From Hydrurus foetidus (Eukaryota), in the NCBI GenBank assembly GCA_900617105.1, contig UYFQ01000036.1, forward strand, positions 1-34,526: a DNA stretch of 34,526 nucleotides, written 5' to 3'. This document shows positions 9,701 to 22,800 of the stretch, piece after piece (within the stretch, counting starts at the first letter, position 1; the number at the start of each line of letters is the position of its first letter). The notes beneath the pieces are model-generated. The model saw nothing but the letters and a program-made list of their open reading frames with translations. It had not been told where the DNA came from and did no database searches. Both the position numbers and the translations under genes were made by a program.

Positions 9701-10074
9701 CAGCAGAATCGGAAATAAAAGCGGTGAATCACACTCTTAAGGCTGAGGTGATAGCAAACCGTGGAATGCTGAACCAAATGGGTTGGTTACAGGCACCCAC
9801 GAGAATTGAAGAAGACAATAAGGCATGTGTAGATGCATCAATAATTACACATATGACAAGAGGACTACGTCACTTAGAAATAACTGAGAACTTCCTAAAA
9901 GAAAAATATGCCGATGGAACGTGTGTGCTAGTCAAAATAGCATCATCTGATAATAATTCAGATATTGGGACAAAGAGAGTAACAAAACAAGTATTTGAAA
10001 AGTTAACAAATGAGATTGTTGACAAATCATTGAGAGTAATAAAAGTAAAGCACAGTGACAAAATGTCAAAGTAA
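3658..10074 (+). CDS. pol: Copia Gag-Pol polyprotein: Gag, CCCH finger, unknown domain, aspartic protease, integrase, RT, RNase H
   Basis: 2138-aa ORF. C-x7-C-x4-C-x3-H at 4687-4740. Protease IIFDSGAS (D at 6655). Integrase H...GH...CKGC, FSLD, IRLD-x35-E (GVAERAV). RT KARLVARG, DLEGAYL, HSDD (9031-9042). RNase H CDADLA, STAESE, EEDN, NSDIGTK. Confidence 0.96.
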   Translation: MVKRIHYQRNSTVLISEISKYIIDINTPDKFHRLRMIHSVLSTTGLLTLIEGHRTEPIMTEENIHGFSSRKIILVPRVEYEDETSMHSISSEPIIERVVLEEDDAFHYIHDNDRLFSLVYIMFSKTLHHNISIINQKLRNGIASYQEMISYIFGQKQQDVKFARRALDTYQINPSVHFRLEYSKWEQLFSNLEHAQSRMMTDVEKMAWVSDRLDADPRPKIASSFAACVVNNTSYNESMGIMLRVADAMPPETAVIRMASVTSFPETSSSSEYSLYQNTIQNQSQAKLTQYQSLSNPPQNPGKQTQYNPAYNYDINNKNKIQDARSLPDNTGESKRPVKNGGYCFGFQKGTCNRPTCKYKHEMNPDNENKIQQPQPNTIPYKKSVQFDLSQAQIDSVGPKVGDPNVRGGYSKAQIKRLNWMRSQDTETEHQVRAFSSWGNPSAPPYQSNEEKHNTLMRVRITPNDQRIIKTDRQNQEYKNKIYNGKMNQNEMKSHQRSLLQNVQNNYSACSIPQRAINAAILLAEQYYLFHLYVMEYNRNDPATTIVPYIFLFKNKRTIKDNQERSNQYTDLFGWHKNPSTTRRKDIRTPTVKWMHLMYQIGATLLQACIVLPPADEKAGPQHFMKFNPYCIDGVTEKYIPSTRPGHYWSQMTCVSEYAEVIKRLDQYTQYNEVINNTLFIDTVLHAIIFDFVAFAGQHVGYYHEKSNLDKEDLLRRSLKMDILKENDPSFVMFGIRDAFLVIARLVRPINDLVKRTLSSKLTNELDELIHSHQTSKDVIKRPMITVLYDRAQSPIFDVDVVTRTTEELSPMYIHTSDQSDTESSDMSYDRVDIPDSPISMESVKSPPFTIETPKYIEYVGGVRIVDYEKLGKYRHIKGYDVNQPEPEPELDSNINESEEHVVYKDAITEFEKDISDDDDENENENVEERQLRYKNKFESLVKEHDSKRLKLNESGDNDNVNKSSENESHDIQPIEKQLKSLRINHNIKSIKMQGQIIFDSGASTCATSDPTLLRHIIYGQGIKATPAFGPAIESKATGLYGPLGLDIILMEGMKETLISISQLCNGGISGSQNVVIFTSEGMRCFSIESIREALALIDKLGIEIIRGYISNGVYVYNQNEEKVINKVVSNKDIVKTTPFPTCKETIIKTNIPASLYLTQFKPVSLYDHVHMVTGHPGNIGMLWHLKNSTNAKFTEEDANKQRGPCKGCVYGTMHQTGTDHRREHRDLPVKPGQCFSLDAYQHNCYSARGYKHCDIYTDLATRRCYPVYTKDRSAHELCAQSLKLFNQHPEWQYVHDTDTRRFIRLDPERNYRSNEFSAFVSSKGYQLERTPSRDKHAGGVAERAVGVIVAKTNVAMLSPDNPVPQIYWDLAMTYACDTASYNFSKVIGTSPYMKITGQPINIKYLQPFWSSCYVFIPLAERVKLGARRAYKAKFCGYSNTFLLFPNYFVIPYENGKYGRIRESKDVIFDPTIDFSIYTNDEEPYDREFVYTDHYVPFLHRKTAPDELQGELAQPYVEPAGETFEPDFPERADVLAEQNRNEPIPFEDTNENNINIVNMPYTDENNDPVYWYNMNVRNEEYALSMCETQHYSKLGVPIDPRVPKCFKQAVHIPAWKAAIDKECEKFDKNDCFTVVPYNGQQLVSMMWLFNIKTDGTLKARLVARGDLMKPYVHYHPNDVYCGNVSATSIKIAVAIAAAYKCTMRGGDLEGAYLVTRANEAYPIFIKTPEGYNIPEGMCIQSLGNVYGNPNSGRNFSIKLDMCVKECGYKNTPWDPKLFHKWKEERIIILIVHSDDFRWFGDKKDLNEWDALLKNFNKHKYKVTDCSDKEFVGIRITCDENFNYFMDQTRMVEEIIDGIGMKNAKDESLPYPLDKTSLSKLDNASPAQLSECSKFPYRRVVGQLMYGMVHTLVSIMYALNVLSRYGNNPGPRHIEFAKHLLRYVKMSKSDRLKFKTHDGPKDIKTMTEFLQLRFQCDADLAGNLDNLHSQTSYLGYLGPSLICWCSTDQGSISTSTAESEIKAVNHTLKAEVIANRGMLNQMGWLQAPTRIEEDNKACVDASIITHMTRGLRHLEITENFLKEKYADGTCVLVKIASSDNNSDIGTKRVTKQVFEKLTNEIVDKSLRVIKVKHSDKMSK

Positions 10075-10087
10075 AGAGTTCCGGATA

Positions 10088-10336
10088 TCATGATTGTTTA
10101 ATCAGAGATGACATGAATCCAAACAGAAATATAAAATATAAAATATAATGATTATCTGATCAGAGATAACATGAATACAAAAATAAAATAAAATATAAGT
10201 AAATATATCATGATTATCTGATCAGAGATGACATGCATATTAAGTAAATATTAAAATTAAATATTATGATTGTCTAATCAAAGATGACATAAGATAGTTA
10301 CATAAGCTCATGATTGTTTGATCAGAGACGACATGA
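10088..10336 (+). repeat. Five 29-nt hairpin repeats with AT-rich spacers in the Copia-1 3' UTR
   Basis: Copies start at 10088, 10146, 10208, 10264 and 10308; consensus TCATG-A-TTRTYT-RATCAR-AGAYRA-CATGA; spacers of 29, 33, 27 and 15 nt. Confidence 0.9.
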
Positions 10337-10372
10337 TGACTTCTAAGAAAATAATATAAAGCAATTGATGAT

Positions 10373-10381
10373 TACGGGGTG
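10373..10381 (+). promoter_or_regulatory. Copia-1 polypurine tract (TACGGGGTG)
   Basis: G-run abutting the TG of the 3' LTR; near-identical to the Copia-2 motif TACGGGGAG|TGTC. Confidence 0.75.
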
Positions 10382-10890
10382 TGTCGGTATATAACAGCGA
10401 TAAGTGCTAGTTATAGCTGTATATTACCATTTGTATAATCAACAATTAGCATGATAGGATATCATAAGTAAACACATTTTGTAGATTGTTATTGGTGTGC
10501 AATGTGCACCAAGTCGCTTCCTCAATGCCAATTCGTATCACGTATATTGCCATTGTTACACCATAATAACCACAGCTGTATAGTATTTATCCGGTACTTG
10601 GTACCAAAAGTCTCAACATTTAGTACATACGTCATTGTTACAGTTGAATAGTTACTATCTCGCCTATACAACAACGTAGATATAAACCTATAGAGCCAGT
10701 CAAAATGCATGCGCATGACGTTTCAACATATTATCATTGTAATGCAGGTAGAAATGATGTGCAACATATATTATGCACATTAATGCATATGTGACAGTTT
10801 CAATTCATAAATCGAATTAACTAACCAAATGGTCTTCATTTCAACATCCACGATATGTCACACTTAATGCATATGGTGGACAGTTCAACA
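10382..10890 (+). repeat. Copia-1 3' LTR (distal half is a mosaic with satellite sequence)
   Basis: First 232 bp identical to the 5' LTR; later differences introduce satellite words (TCAACAT, TTTCAACATA, CACATTAATGCATATG). Confidence 0.85.
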
Positions 10891-13800
10891 TATATGATCA
10901 CACATTAATGCATATGGTAAGACAGTTTCAACATATATGATCACACATTAATGCATATGGTAAGACAGTTTCAACATATATGATCACACATTAATGCATA
11001 TGGTAAGACAGTTTCAACATATATGATCACACATTAATGCATATGGTAAGACAGTTTCAACATATATGATCACACATTAATGCATATGGTAAGACAGTTT
11101 CAACATATATGATCACACATTAATGCATATGGTAAGACAGTTTCAACATATATGATCACACATTAATGCATATGGTAAGACAGTTTCAACATATATGATC
11201 ACACATTAATGCATATGGTAAGACAGTTTCAACATATATGATCACACATTAATGCATATGGTAAGACAGTTTCAACATATATGATCACACATTAATGCAT
11301 ATGGTAAGACAGTTTCAACATATATGATCACACATTAATGCATATGGTAAGACAGTTTCAACATATATGATCACACATTAATGCATATGGTAAGACAGTT
11401 TCAACATATATGATCACACATTAATGCATATGGTAAGACAGTTTCAACATATATGATCACACATTAATGCATATGGTAAGACAGTTTCAACATATATGAT
11501 CACACATTAATGCATATGGTAAGACAGTTTCAACATATATGATCACACATTAATGCATATGGTAAGACAGTTTCAACATATATGATCACACATTAATGCA
11601 TATGGTAAGACAGTTTCAACATATATGATCACACATTAATGCATATGGTAAGACAGTTTCAACATATATGATCACACATTAATGCATATGGTAAGACAGT
11701 TTCAACATATATGATCACACATTAATGCATATGGTAAGACAGTTTCAACATATATGATCACACATTAATGCATATGGTAAGACAGTTTCAACATATATGA
11801 TCACACATTAATGCATATGGTAAGACAGTTTCAACATATATGATCACACATTAATGCATATGGTAAGACAGTTTCAACATATATGATCACACATTAATGC
11901 ATATGGTAAGACAGTTTCAACATATATGATCACACATTAATGCATATGGTAAGACAGTTTCAACATATATGATCACACATTAATGCATATGGTAAGACAG
12001 TTTCAACATATATGATCACACATTAATGCATATGGTAAGACAGTTTCAACATATATGATCACACATTAATGCATATGGTAAGACAGTTTCAACATATATG
12101 ATCACACATTAATGCATATGGTAAGACAGTTTCAACATATATGATCACACATTAATGCATATGGTAAGACAGTTTCAACATATATGATCACACATTAATG
12201 CATATGGTAAGACAGTTTCAACATATATGATCACACATTAATGCATATGGTAAGACAGTTTCAACATATATGATCACACATTAATGCATATGGTAAGACA
12301 GTTTCAACATATATGATCACACATTAATGCATATGGTAAGACAGTTTCAACATATATGATCACACATTAATGCATATGGTAAGACAGTTTCAACATATAT
12401 GATCACACATTAATGCATATGGTAAGACAGTTTCAACATATATGATCACACATTAATGCATATGGTAAGACAGTTTCAACATATATGATCACACATTAAT
12501 GCATATGGTAAGACAGTTTCAACATATATGATCACACATTAATGCATATGGTAAGACAGTTTCAACATATATGATCACACATTAATGCATATGGTAAGAC
12601 AGTTTCAACATATATGATCACACATTAATGCATATGGTAAGACAGTTTCAACATATATGATCACACATTAATGCATATGGTAAGACAGTTTCAACATATA
12701 TGATCACACATTAATGCATATGGTAAGACAGTTTCAACATATATGATCACACATTAATGCATATGGTAAGACAGTTTCAACATATATGATCACACATTAA
12801 TGCATATGGTAAGACAGTTTCAACATATATGATCACACATTAATGCATATGGTAAGACAGTTTCAACATATATGATCACACATTAATGCATATGGTAAGA
12901 CAGTTTCAACATATATGATCACACATTAATGCATATGGTAAGACAGTTTCAACATATATGATCACACATTAATGCATATGGTAAGACAGTTTCAACATAT
13001 ATGATCACACATTAATGCATATGGTAAGACAGTTTCAACATATATGATCACACATTAATGCATATGGTAAGACAGTTTCAACATATATGATCACACATTA
13101 ATGCATATGGTAAGACAGTTTCAACATATATGATCACACATTAATGCATATGGTAAGACAGTTTCAACATATATGATCACACATTAATGCATATGGTAAG
13201 ACAGTTTCAACATATATGATCACACATTAATGCATATGGTAAGACAGTTTCAACATATATGATCACACATTAATGCATATGGTAAGACAGTTTCAACATA
13301 TATGATCACACATTAATGCATATGGTAAGACAGTTTCAACATATATGATCACACATTAATGCATATGGTAAGACAGTTTCAACATATATGATCACACATT
13401 AATGCATATGGTAAGACAGTTTCAACATATATGATCACACATTAATGCATATGGTAAGACAGTTTCAACATATATGATCACACATTAATGCATATGGTAA
13501 GACAGTTTCAACATATATGATCACACATTAATGCATATGGTAAGACAGTTTCAACATATATGATCACACATTAATGCATATGGTAAGACAGTTTCAACAT
13601 ATATGATCACACATTAATGCATATGGTAAGACAGTTTCAACATATATGATCACACATTAATGCATATGGTAAGACAGTTTCAACATATATGATCACACAT
13701 TAATGCATATGGTAAGACAGTTTCAACATATATGATCACACATTAATGCATATGGTAAGACAGTTTCAACATATATGATCACACATTAATGCATATGGTA

Positions 13801-16800
13801 AGACAGTTTCAACATATATGATCACACATTAATGCATATGGTAAGACAGTTTCAACATATATGATCACACATTAATGCATATGGTAAGACAGTTTCAACA
13901 TATATGATCACACATTAATGCATATGGTAAGACAGTTTCAACATATATGATCACACATTAATGCATATGGTAAGACAGTTTCAACATATATGATCACACA
14001 TTAATGCATATGGTAAGACAGTTTCAACATATATGATCACACATTAATGCATATGGTAAGACAGTTTCAACATATATGATCACACATTAATGCATATGGT
14101 AAGACAGTTTCAACATATATGATCACACATTAATGCATATGGTAAGACAGTTTCAACATATATGATCACACATTAATGCATATGGTAAGACAGTTTCAAC
14201 ATATATGATCACACATTAATGCATATGGTAAGACAGTTTCAACATATATGATCACACATTAATGCATATGGTAAGACAGTTTCAACATATATGATCACAC
14301 ATTAATGCATATGGTAAGACAGTTTCAACATATATGATCACACATTAATGCATATGGTAAGACAGTTTCAACATATATGATCACACATTAATGCATATGG
14401 TAAGACAGTTTCAACATATATGATCACACATTAATGCATATGGTAAGACAGTTTCAACATATATGATCACACATTAATGCATATGGTAAGACAGTTTCAA
14501 CATATATGATCACACATTAATGCATATGGTAAGACAGTTTCAACATATATGATCACACATTAATGCATATGGTAAGACAGTTTCAACATATATGATCACA
14601 CATTAATGCATATGGTAAGACAGTTTCAACATATATGATCACACATTAATGCATATGGTAAGACAGTTTCAACATATATGATCACACATTAATGCATATG
14701 GTAAGACAGTTTCAACATATATGATCACACATTAATGCATATGGTAAGACAGTTTCAACATATATGATCACACATTAATGCATATGGTAAGACAGTTTCA
14801 ACATATATGATCACACATTAATGCATATGGTAAGACAGTTTCAACATATATGATCACACATTAATGCATATGGTAAGACAGTTTCAACATATATGATCAC
14901 ACATTAATGCATATGGTAAGACAGTTTCAACATATATGATCACACATTAATGCATATGGTAAGACAGTTTCAACATATATGATCACACATTAATGCATAT
15001 GGTAAGACAGTTTCAACATATATGATCACACATTAATGCATATGGTAAGACAGTTTCAACATATATGATCACACATTAATGCATATGGTAAGACAGTTTC
15101 AACATATATGATCACACATTAATGCATATGGTAAGACAGTTTCAACATATATGATCACACATTAATGCATATGGTAAGACAGTTTCAACATATATGATCA
15201 CACATTAATGCATATGGTAAGACAGTTTCAACATATATGATCACACATTAATGCATATGGTAAGACAGTTTCAACATATATGATCACACATTAATGCATA
15301 TGGTAAGACAGTTTCAACATATATGATCACACATTAATGCATATGGTAAGACAGTTTCAACATATATGATCACACATTAATGCATATGGTAAGACAGTTT
15401 CAACATATATGATCACACATTAATGCATATGGTAAGACAGTTTCAACATATATGATCACACATTAATGCATATGGTAAGACAGTTTCAACATATATGATC
15501 ACACATTAATGCATATGGTAAGACAGTTTCAACATATATGATCACACATTAATGCATATGGTAAGACAGTTTCAACATATATGATCACACATTAATGCAT
15601 ATGGTAAGACAGTTTCAACATATATGATCACACATTAATGCATATGGTAAGACAGTTTCAACATATATGATCACACATTAATGCATATGGTAAGACAGTT
15701 TCAACATATATGATCACACATTAATGCATATGGTAAGACAGTTTCAACATATATGATCACACATTAATGCATATGGTAAGACAGTTTCAACATATATGAT
15801 CACACATTAATGCATATGGTAAGACAGTTTCAACATATATGATCACACATTAATGCATATGGTAAGACAGTTTCAACATATATGATCACACATTAATGCA
15901 TATGGTAAGACAGTTTCAACATATATGATCACACATTAATGCATATGGTAAGACAGTTTCAACATATATGATCACACATTAATGCATATGGTAAGACAGT
16001 TTCAACATATATGATCACACATTAATGCATATGGTAAGACAGTTTCAACATATATGATCACACATTAATGCATATGGTAAGACAGTTTCAACATATATGA
16101 TCACACATTAATGCATATGGTAAGACAGTTTCAACATATATGATCACACATTAATGCATATGGTAAGACAGTTTCAACATATATGATCACACATTAATGC
16201 ATATGGTAAGACAGTTTCAACATATATGATCACACATTAATGCATATGGTAAGACAGTTTCAACATATATGATCACACATTAATGCATATGGTAAGACAG
16301 TTTCAACATATATGATCACACATTAATGCATATGGTAAGACAGTTTCAACATATATGATCACACATTAATGCATATGGTAAGACAGTTTCAACATATATG
16401 ATCACACATTAATGCATATGGTAAGACAGTTTCAACATATATGATCACACATTAATGCATATGGTAAGACAGTTTCAACATATATGATCACACATTAATG
16501 CATATGGTAAGACAGTTTCAACATATATGATCACACATTAATGCATATGGTAAGACAGTTTCAACATATATGATCACACATTAATGCATATGGTAAGACA
16601 GTTTCAACATATATGATCACACATTAATGCATATGGTAAGACAGTTTCAACATATATGATCACACATTAATGCATATGGTAAGACAGTTTCAACATATAT
16701 GATCACACATTAATGCATATGGTAAGACAGTTTCAACATATATGATCACACATTAATGCATATGGTAAGACAGTTTCAACATATATGATCACACATTAAT

Positions 16801-19800
16801 GCATATGGTAAGACAGTTTCAACATATATGATCACACATTAATGCATATGGTAAGACAGTTTCAACATATATGATCACACATTAATGCATATGGTAAGAC
16901 AGTTTCAACATATATGATCACACATTAATGCATATGGTAAGACAGTTTCAACATATATGATCACACATTAATGCATATGGTAAGACAGTTTCAACATATA
17001 TGATCACACATTAATGCATATGGTAAGACAGTTTCAACATATATGATCACACATTAATGCATATGGTAAGACAGTTTCAACATATATGATCACACATTAA
17101 TGCATATGGTAAGACAGTTTCAACATATATGATCACACATTAATGCATATGGTAAGACAGTTTCAACATATATGATCACACATTAATGCATATGGTAAGA
17201 CAGTTTCAACATATATGATCACACATTAATGCATATGGTAAGACAGTTTCAACATATATGATCACACATTAATGCATATGGTAAGACAGTTTCAACATAT
17301 ATGATCACACATTAATGCATATGGTAAGACAGTTTCAACATATATGATCACACATTAATGCATATGGTAAGACAGTTTCAACATATATGATCACACATTA
17401 ATGCATATGGTAAGACAGTTTCAACATATATGATCACACATTAATGCATATGGTAAGACAGTTTCAACATATATGATCACACATTAATGCATATGGTAAG
17501 ACAGTTTCAACATATATGATCACACATTAATGCATATGGTAAGACAGTTTCAACATATATGATCACACATTAATGCATATGGTAAGACAGTTTCAACATA
17601 TATGATCACACATTAATGCATATGGTAAGACAGTTTCAACATATATGATCACACATTAATGCATATGGTAAGACAGTTTCAACATATATGATCACACATT
17701 AATGCATATGGTAAGACAGTTTCAACATATATGATCACACATTAATGCATATGGTAAGACAGTTTCAACATATATGATCACACATTAATGCATATGGTAA
17801 GACAGTTTCAACATATATGATCACACATTAATGCATATGGTAAGACAGTTTCAACATATATGATCACACATTAATGCATATGGTAAGACAGTTTCAACAT
17901 ATATGATCACACATTAATGCATATGGTAAGACAGTTTCAACATATATGATCACACATTAATGCATATGGTAAGACAGTTTCAACATATATGATCACACAT
18001 TAATGCATATGGTAAGACAGTTTCAACATATATGATCACACATTAATGCATATGGTAAGACAGTTTCAACATATATGATCACACATTAATGCATATGGTA
18101 AGACAGTTTCAACATATATGATCACACATTAATGCATATGGTAAGACAGTTTCAACATATATGATCACACATTAATGCATATGGTAAGACAGTTTCAACA
18201 TATATGATCACACATTAATGCATATGGTAAGACAGTTTCAACATATATGATCACACATTAATGCATATGGTAAGACAGTTTCAACATATATGATCACACA
18301 TTAATGCATATGGTAAGACAGTTTCAACATATATGATCACACATTAATGCATATGGTAAGACAGTTTCAACATATATGATCACACATTAATGCATATGGT
18401 AAGACAGTTTCAACATATATGATCACACATTAATGCATATGGTAAGACAGTTTCAACATATATGATCACACATTAATGCATATGGTAAGACAGTTTCAAC
18501 ATATATGATCACACATTAATGCATATGGTAAGACAGTTTCAACATATATGATCACACATTAATGCATATGGTAAGACAGTTTCAACATATATGATCACAC
18601 ATTAATGCATATGGTAAGACAGTTTCAACATATATGATCACACATTAATGCATATGGTAAGACAGTTTCAACATATATGATCACACATTAATGCATATGG
18701 TAAGACAGTTTCAACATATATGATCACACATTAATGCATATGGTAAGACAGTTTCAACATATATGATCACACATTAATGCATATGGTAAGACAGTTTCAA
18801 CATATATGATCACACATTAATGCATATGGTAAGACAGTTTCAACATATATGATCACACATTAATGCATATGGTAAGACAGTTTCAACATATATGATCACA
18901 CATTAATGCATATGGTAAGACAGTTTCAACATATATGATCACACATTAATGCATATGGTAAGACAGTTTCAACATATATGATCACACATTAATGCATATG
19001 GTAAGACAGTTTCAACATATATGATCACACATTAATGCATATGGTAAGACAGTTTCAACATATATGATCACACATTAATGCATATGGTAAGACAGTTTCA
19101 ACATATATGATCACACATTAATGCATATGGTAAGACAGTTTCAACATATATGATCACACATTAATGCATATGGTAAGACAGTTTCAACATATATGATCAC
19201 ACATTAATGCATATGGTAAGACAGTTTCAACATATATGATCACACATTAATGCATATGGTAAGACAGTTTCAACATATATGATCACACATTAATGCATAT
19301 GGTAAGACAGTTTCAACATATATGATCACACATTAATGCATATGGTAAGACAGTTTCAACATATATGATCACACATTAATGCATATGGTAAGACAGTTTC
19401 AACATATATGATCACACATTAATGCATATGGTAAGACAGTTTCAACATATATGATCACACATTAATGCATATGGTAAGACAGTTTCAACATATATGATCA
19501 CACATTAATGCATATGGTAAGACAGTTTCAACATATATGATCACACATTAATGCATATGGTAAGACAGTTTCAACATATATGATCACACATTAATGCATA
19601 TGGTAAGACAGTTTCAACATATATGATCACACATTAATGCATATGGTAAGACAGTTTCAACATATATGATCACACATTAATGCATATGGTAAGACAGTTT
19701 CAACATATATGATCACACATTAATGCATATGGTAAGACAGTTTCAACATATATGATCACACATTAATGCATATGGTAAGACAGTTTCAACATATATGATC

Positions 19801-22800
19801 ACACATTAATGCATATGGTAAGACAGTTTCAACATATATGATCACACATTAATGCATATGGTAAGACAGTTTCAACATATATGATCACACATTAATGCAT
19901 ATGGTAAGACAGTTTCAACATATATGATCACACATTAATGCATATGGTAAGACAGTTTCAACATATATGATCACACATTAATGCATATGGTAAGACAGTT
20001 TCAACATATATGATCACACATTAATGCATATGGTAAGACAGTTTCAACATATATGATCACACATTAATGCATATGGTAAGACAGTTTCAACATATATGAT
20101 CACACATTAATGCATATGGTAAGACAGTTTCAACATATATGATCACACATTAATGCATATGGTAAGACAGTTTCAACATATATGATCACACATTAATGCA
20201 TATGGTAAGACAGTTTCAACATATATGATCACACATTAATGCATATGGTAAGACAGTTTCAACATATATGATCACACATTAATGCATATGGTAAGACAGT
20301 TTCAACATATATGATCACACATTAATGCATATGGTAAGACAGTTTCAACATATATGATCACACATTAATGCATATGGTAAGACAGTTTCAACATATATGA
20401 TCACACATTAATGCATATGGTAAGACAGTTTCAACATATATGATCACACATTAATGCATATGGTAAGACAGTTTCAACATATATGATCACACATTAATGC
20501 ATATGGTAAGACAGTTTCAACATATATGATCACACATTAATGCATATGGTAAGACAGTTTCAACATATATGATCACACATTAATGCATATGGTAAGACAG
20601 TTTCAACATATATGATCACACATTAATGCATATGGTAAGACAGTTTCAACATATATGATCACACATTAATGCATATGGTAAGACAGTTTCAACATATATG
20701 ATCACACATTAATGCATATGGTAAGACAGTTTCAACATATATGATCACACATTAATGCATATGGTAAGACAGTTTCAACATATATGATCACACATTAATG
20801 CATATGGTAAGACAGTTTCAACATATATGATCACACATTAATGCATATGGTAAGACAGTTTCAACATATATGATCACACATTAATGCATATGGTAAGACA
20901 GTTTCAACATATATGATCACACATTAATGCATATGGTAAGACAGTTTCAACATATATGATCACACATTAATGCATATGGTAAGACAGTTTCAACATATAT
21001 GATCACACATTAATGCATATGGTAAGACAGTTTCAACATATATGATCACACATTAATGCATATGGTAAGACAGTTTCAACATATATGATCACACATTAAT
21101 GCATATGGTAAGACAGTTTCAACATATATGATCACACATTAATGCATATGGTAAGACAGTTTCAACATATATGATCACACATTAATGCATATGGTAAGAC
21201 AGTTTCAACATATATGATCACACATTAATGCATATGGTAAGACAGTTTCAACATATATGATCACACATTAATGCATATGGTAAGACAGTTTCAACATATA
21301 TGATCACACATTAATGCATATGGTAAGACAGTTTCAACATATATGATCACACATTAATGCATATGGTAAGACAGTTTCAACATATATGATCACACATTAA
21401 TGCATATGGTAAGACAGTTTCAACATATATGATCACACATTAATGCATATGGTAAGACAGTTTCAACATATATGATCACACATTAATGCATATGGTAAGA
21501 CAGTTTCAACATATATGATCACACATTAATGCATATGGTAAGACAGTTTCAACATATATGATCACACATTAATGCATATGGTAAGACAGTTTCAACATAT
21601 ATGATCACACATTAATGCATATGGTAAGACAGTTTCAACATATATGATCACACATTAATGCATATGGTAAGACAGTTTCAACATATATGATCACACATTA
21701 ATGCATATGGTAAGACAGTTTCAACATATATGATCACACATTAATGCATATGGTAAGACAGTTTCAACATATATGATCACACATTAATGCATATGGTAAG
21801 ACAGTTTCAACATATATGATCACACATTAATGCATATGGTAAGACAGTTTCAACATATATGATCACACATTAATGCATATGGTAAGACAGTTTCAACATA
21901 TATGATCACACATTAATGCATATGGTAAGACAGTTTCAACATATATGATCACACATTAATGCATATGGTAAGACAGTTTCAACATATATGATCACACATT
22001 AATGCATATGGTAAGACAGTTTCAACATATATGATCACACATTAATGCATATGGTAAGACAGTTTCAACATATATGATCACACATTAATGCATATGGTAA
22101 GACAGTTTCAACATATATGATCACACATTAATGCATATGGTAAGACAGTTTCAACATATATGATCACACATTAATGCATATGGTAAGACAGTTTCAACAT
22201 ATATGATCACACATTAATGCATATGGTAAGACAGTTTCAACATATATGATCACACATTAATGCATATGGTAAGACAGTTTCAACATATATGATCACACAT
22301 TAATGCATATGGTAAGACAGTTTCAACATATATGATCACACATTAATGCATATGGTAAGACAGTTTCAACATATATGATCACACATTAATGCATATGGTA
22401 AGACAGTTTCAACATATATGATCACACATTAATGCATATGGTAAGACAGTTTCAACATATATGATCACACATTAATGCATATGGTAAGACAGTTTCAACA
22501 TATATGATCACACATTAATGCATATGGTAAGACAGTTTCAACATATATGATCACACATTAATGCATATGGTAAGACAGTTTCAACATATATGATCACACA
22601 TTAATGCATATGGTAAGACAGTTTCAACATATATGATCACACATTAATGCATATGGTAAGACAGTTTCAACATATATGATCACACATTAATGCATATGGT
22701 AAGACAGTTTCAACATATATGATCACACATTAATGCATATGGTAAGACAGTTTCAACATATATGATCACACATTAATGCATATGGTAAGACAGTTTCAAC

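Larger units (their letters stand above)
2470..10890 (+). mobile_element. Ty1/Copia LTR retrotransposon (Copia-1), essentially full length, inserted in the satellite
   Basis: Two direct LTRs starting TGTCGGTATATAAC, candidate PBS, PPT, and a polyprotein with domain order PR-IN-RT-RH (the Copia order); the same satellite lies on both sides. Confidence 0.95.

Noticed and set aside
10088..10336. Mini-CRISPR (29-nt palindromic repeats with ~30-nt spacers)
   Set aside because: Repeats are degenerate, spacers are low-complexity A/T runs resembling each other, and it lies in a retrotransposon 3' UTR with no cas genes; better explained as an RNA hairpin array.
2908..10716. Short minus-strand and alternate-frame ORFs over Copia-1
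   Set aside because: Shadows of the gag-pol ORF or LTR with biased composition and no recognisable motifs.
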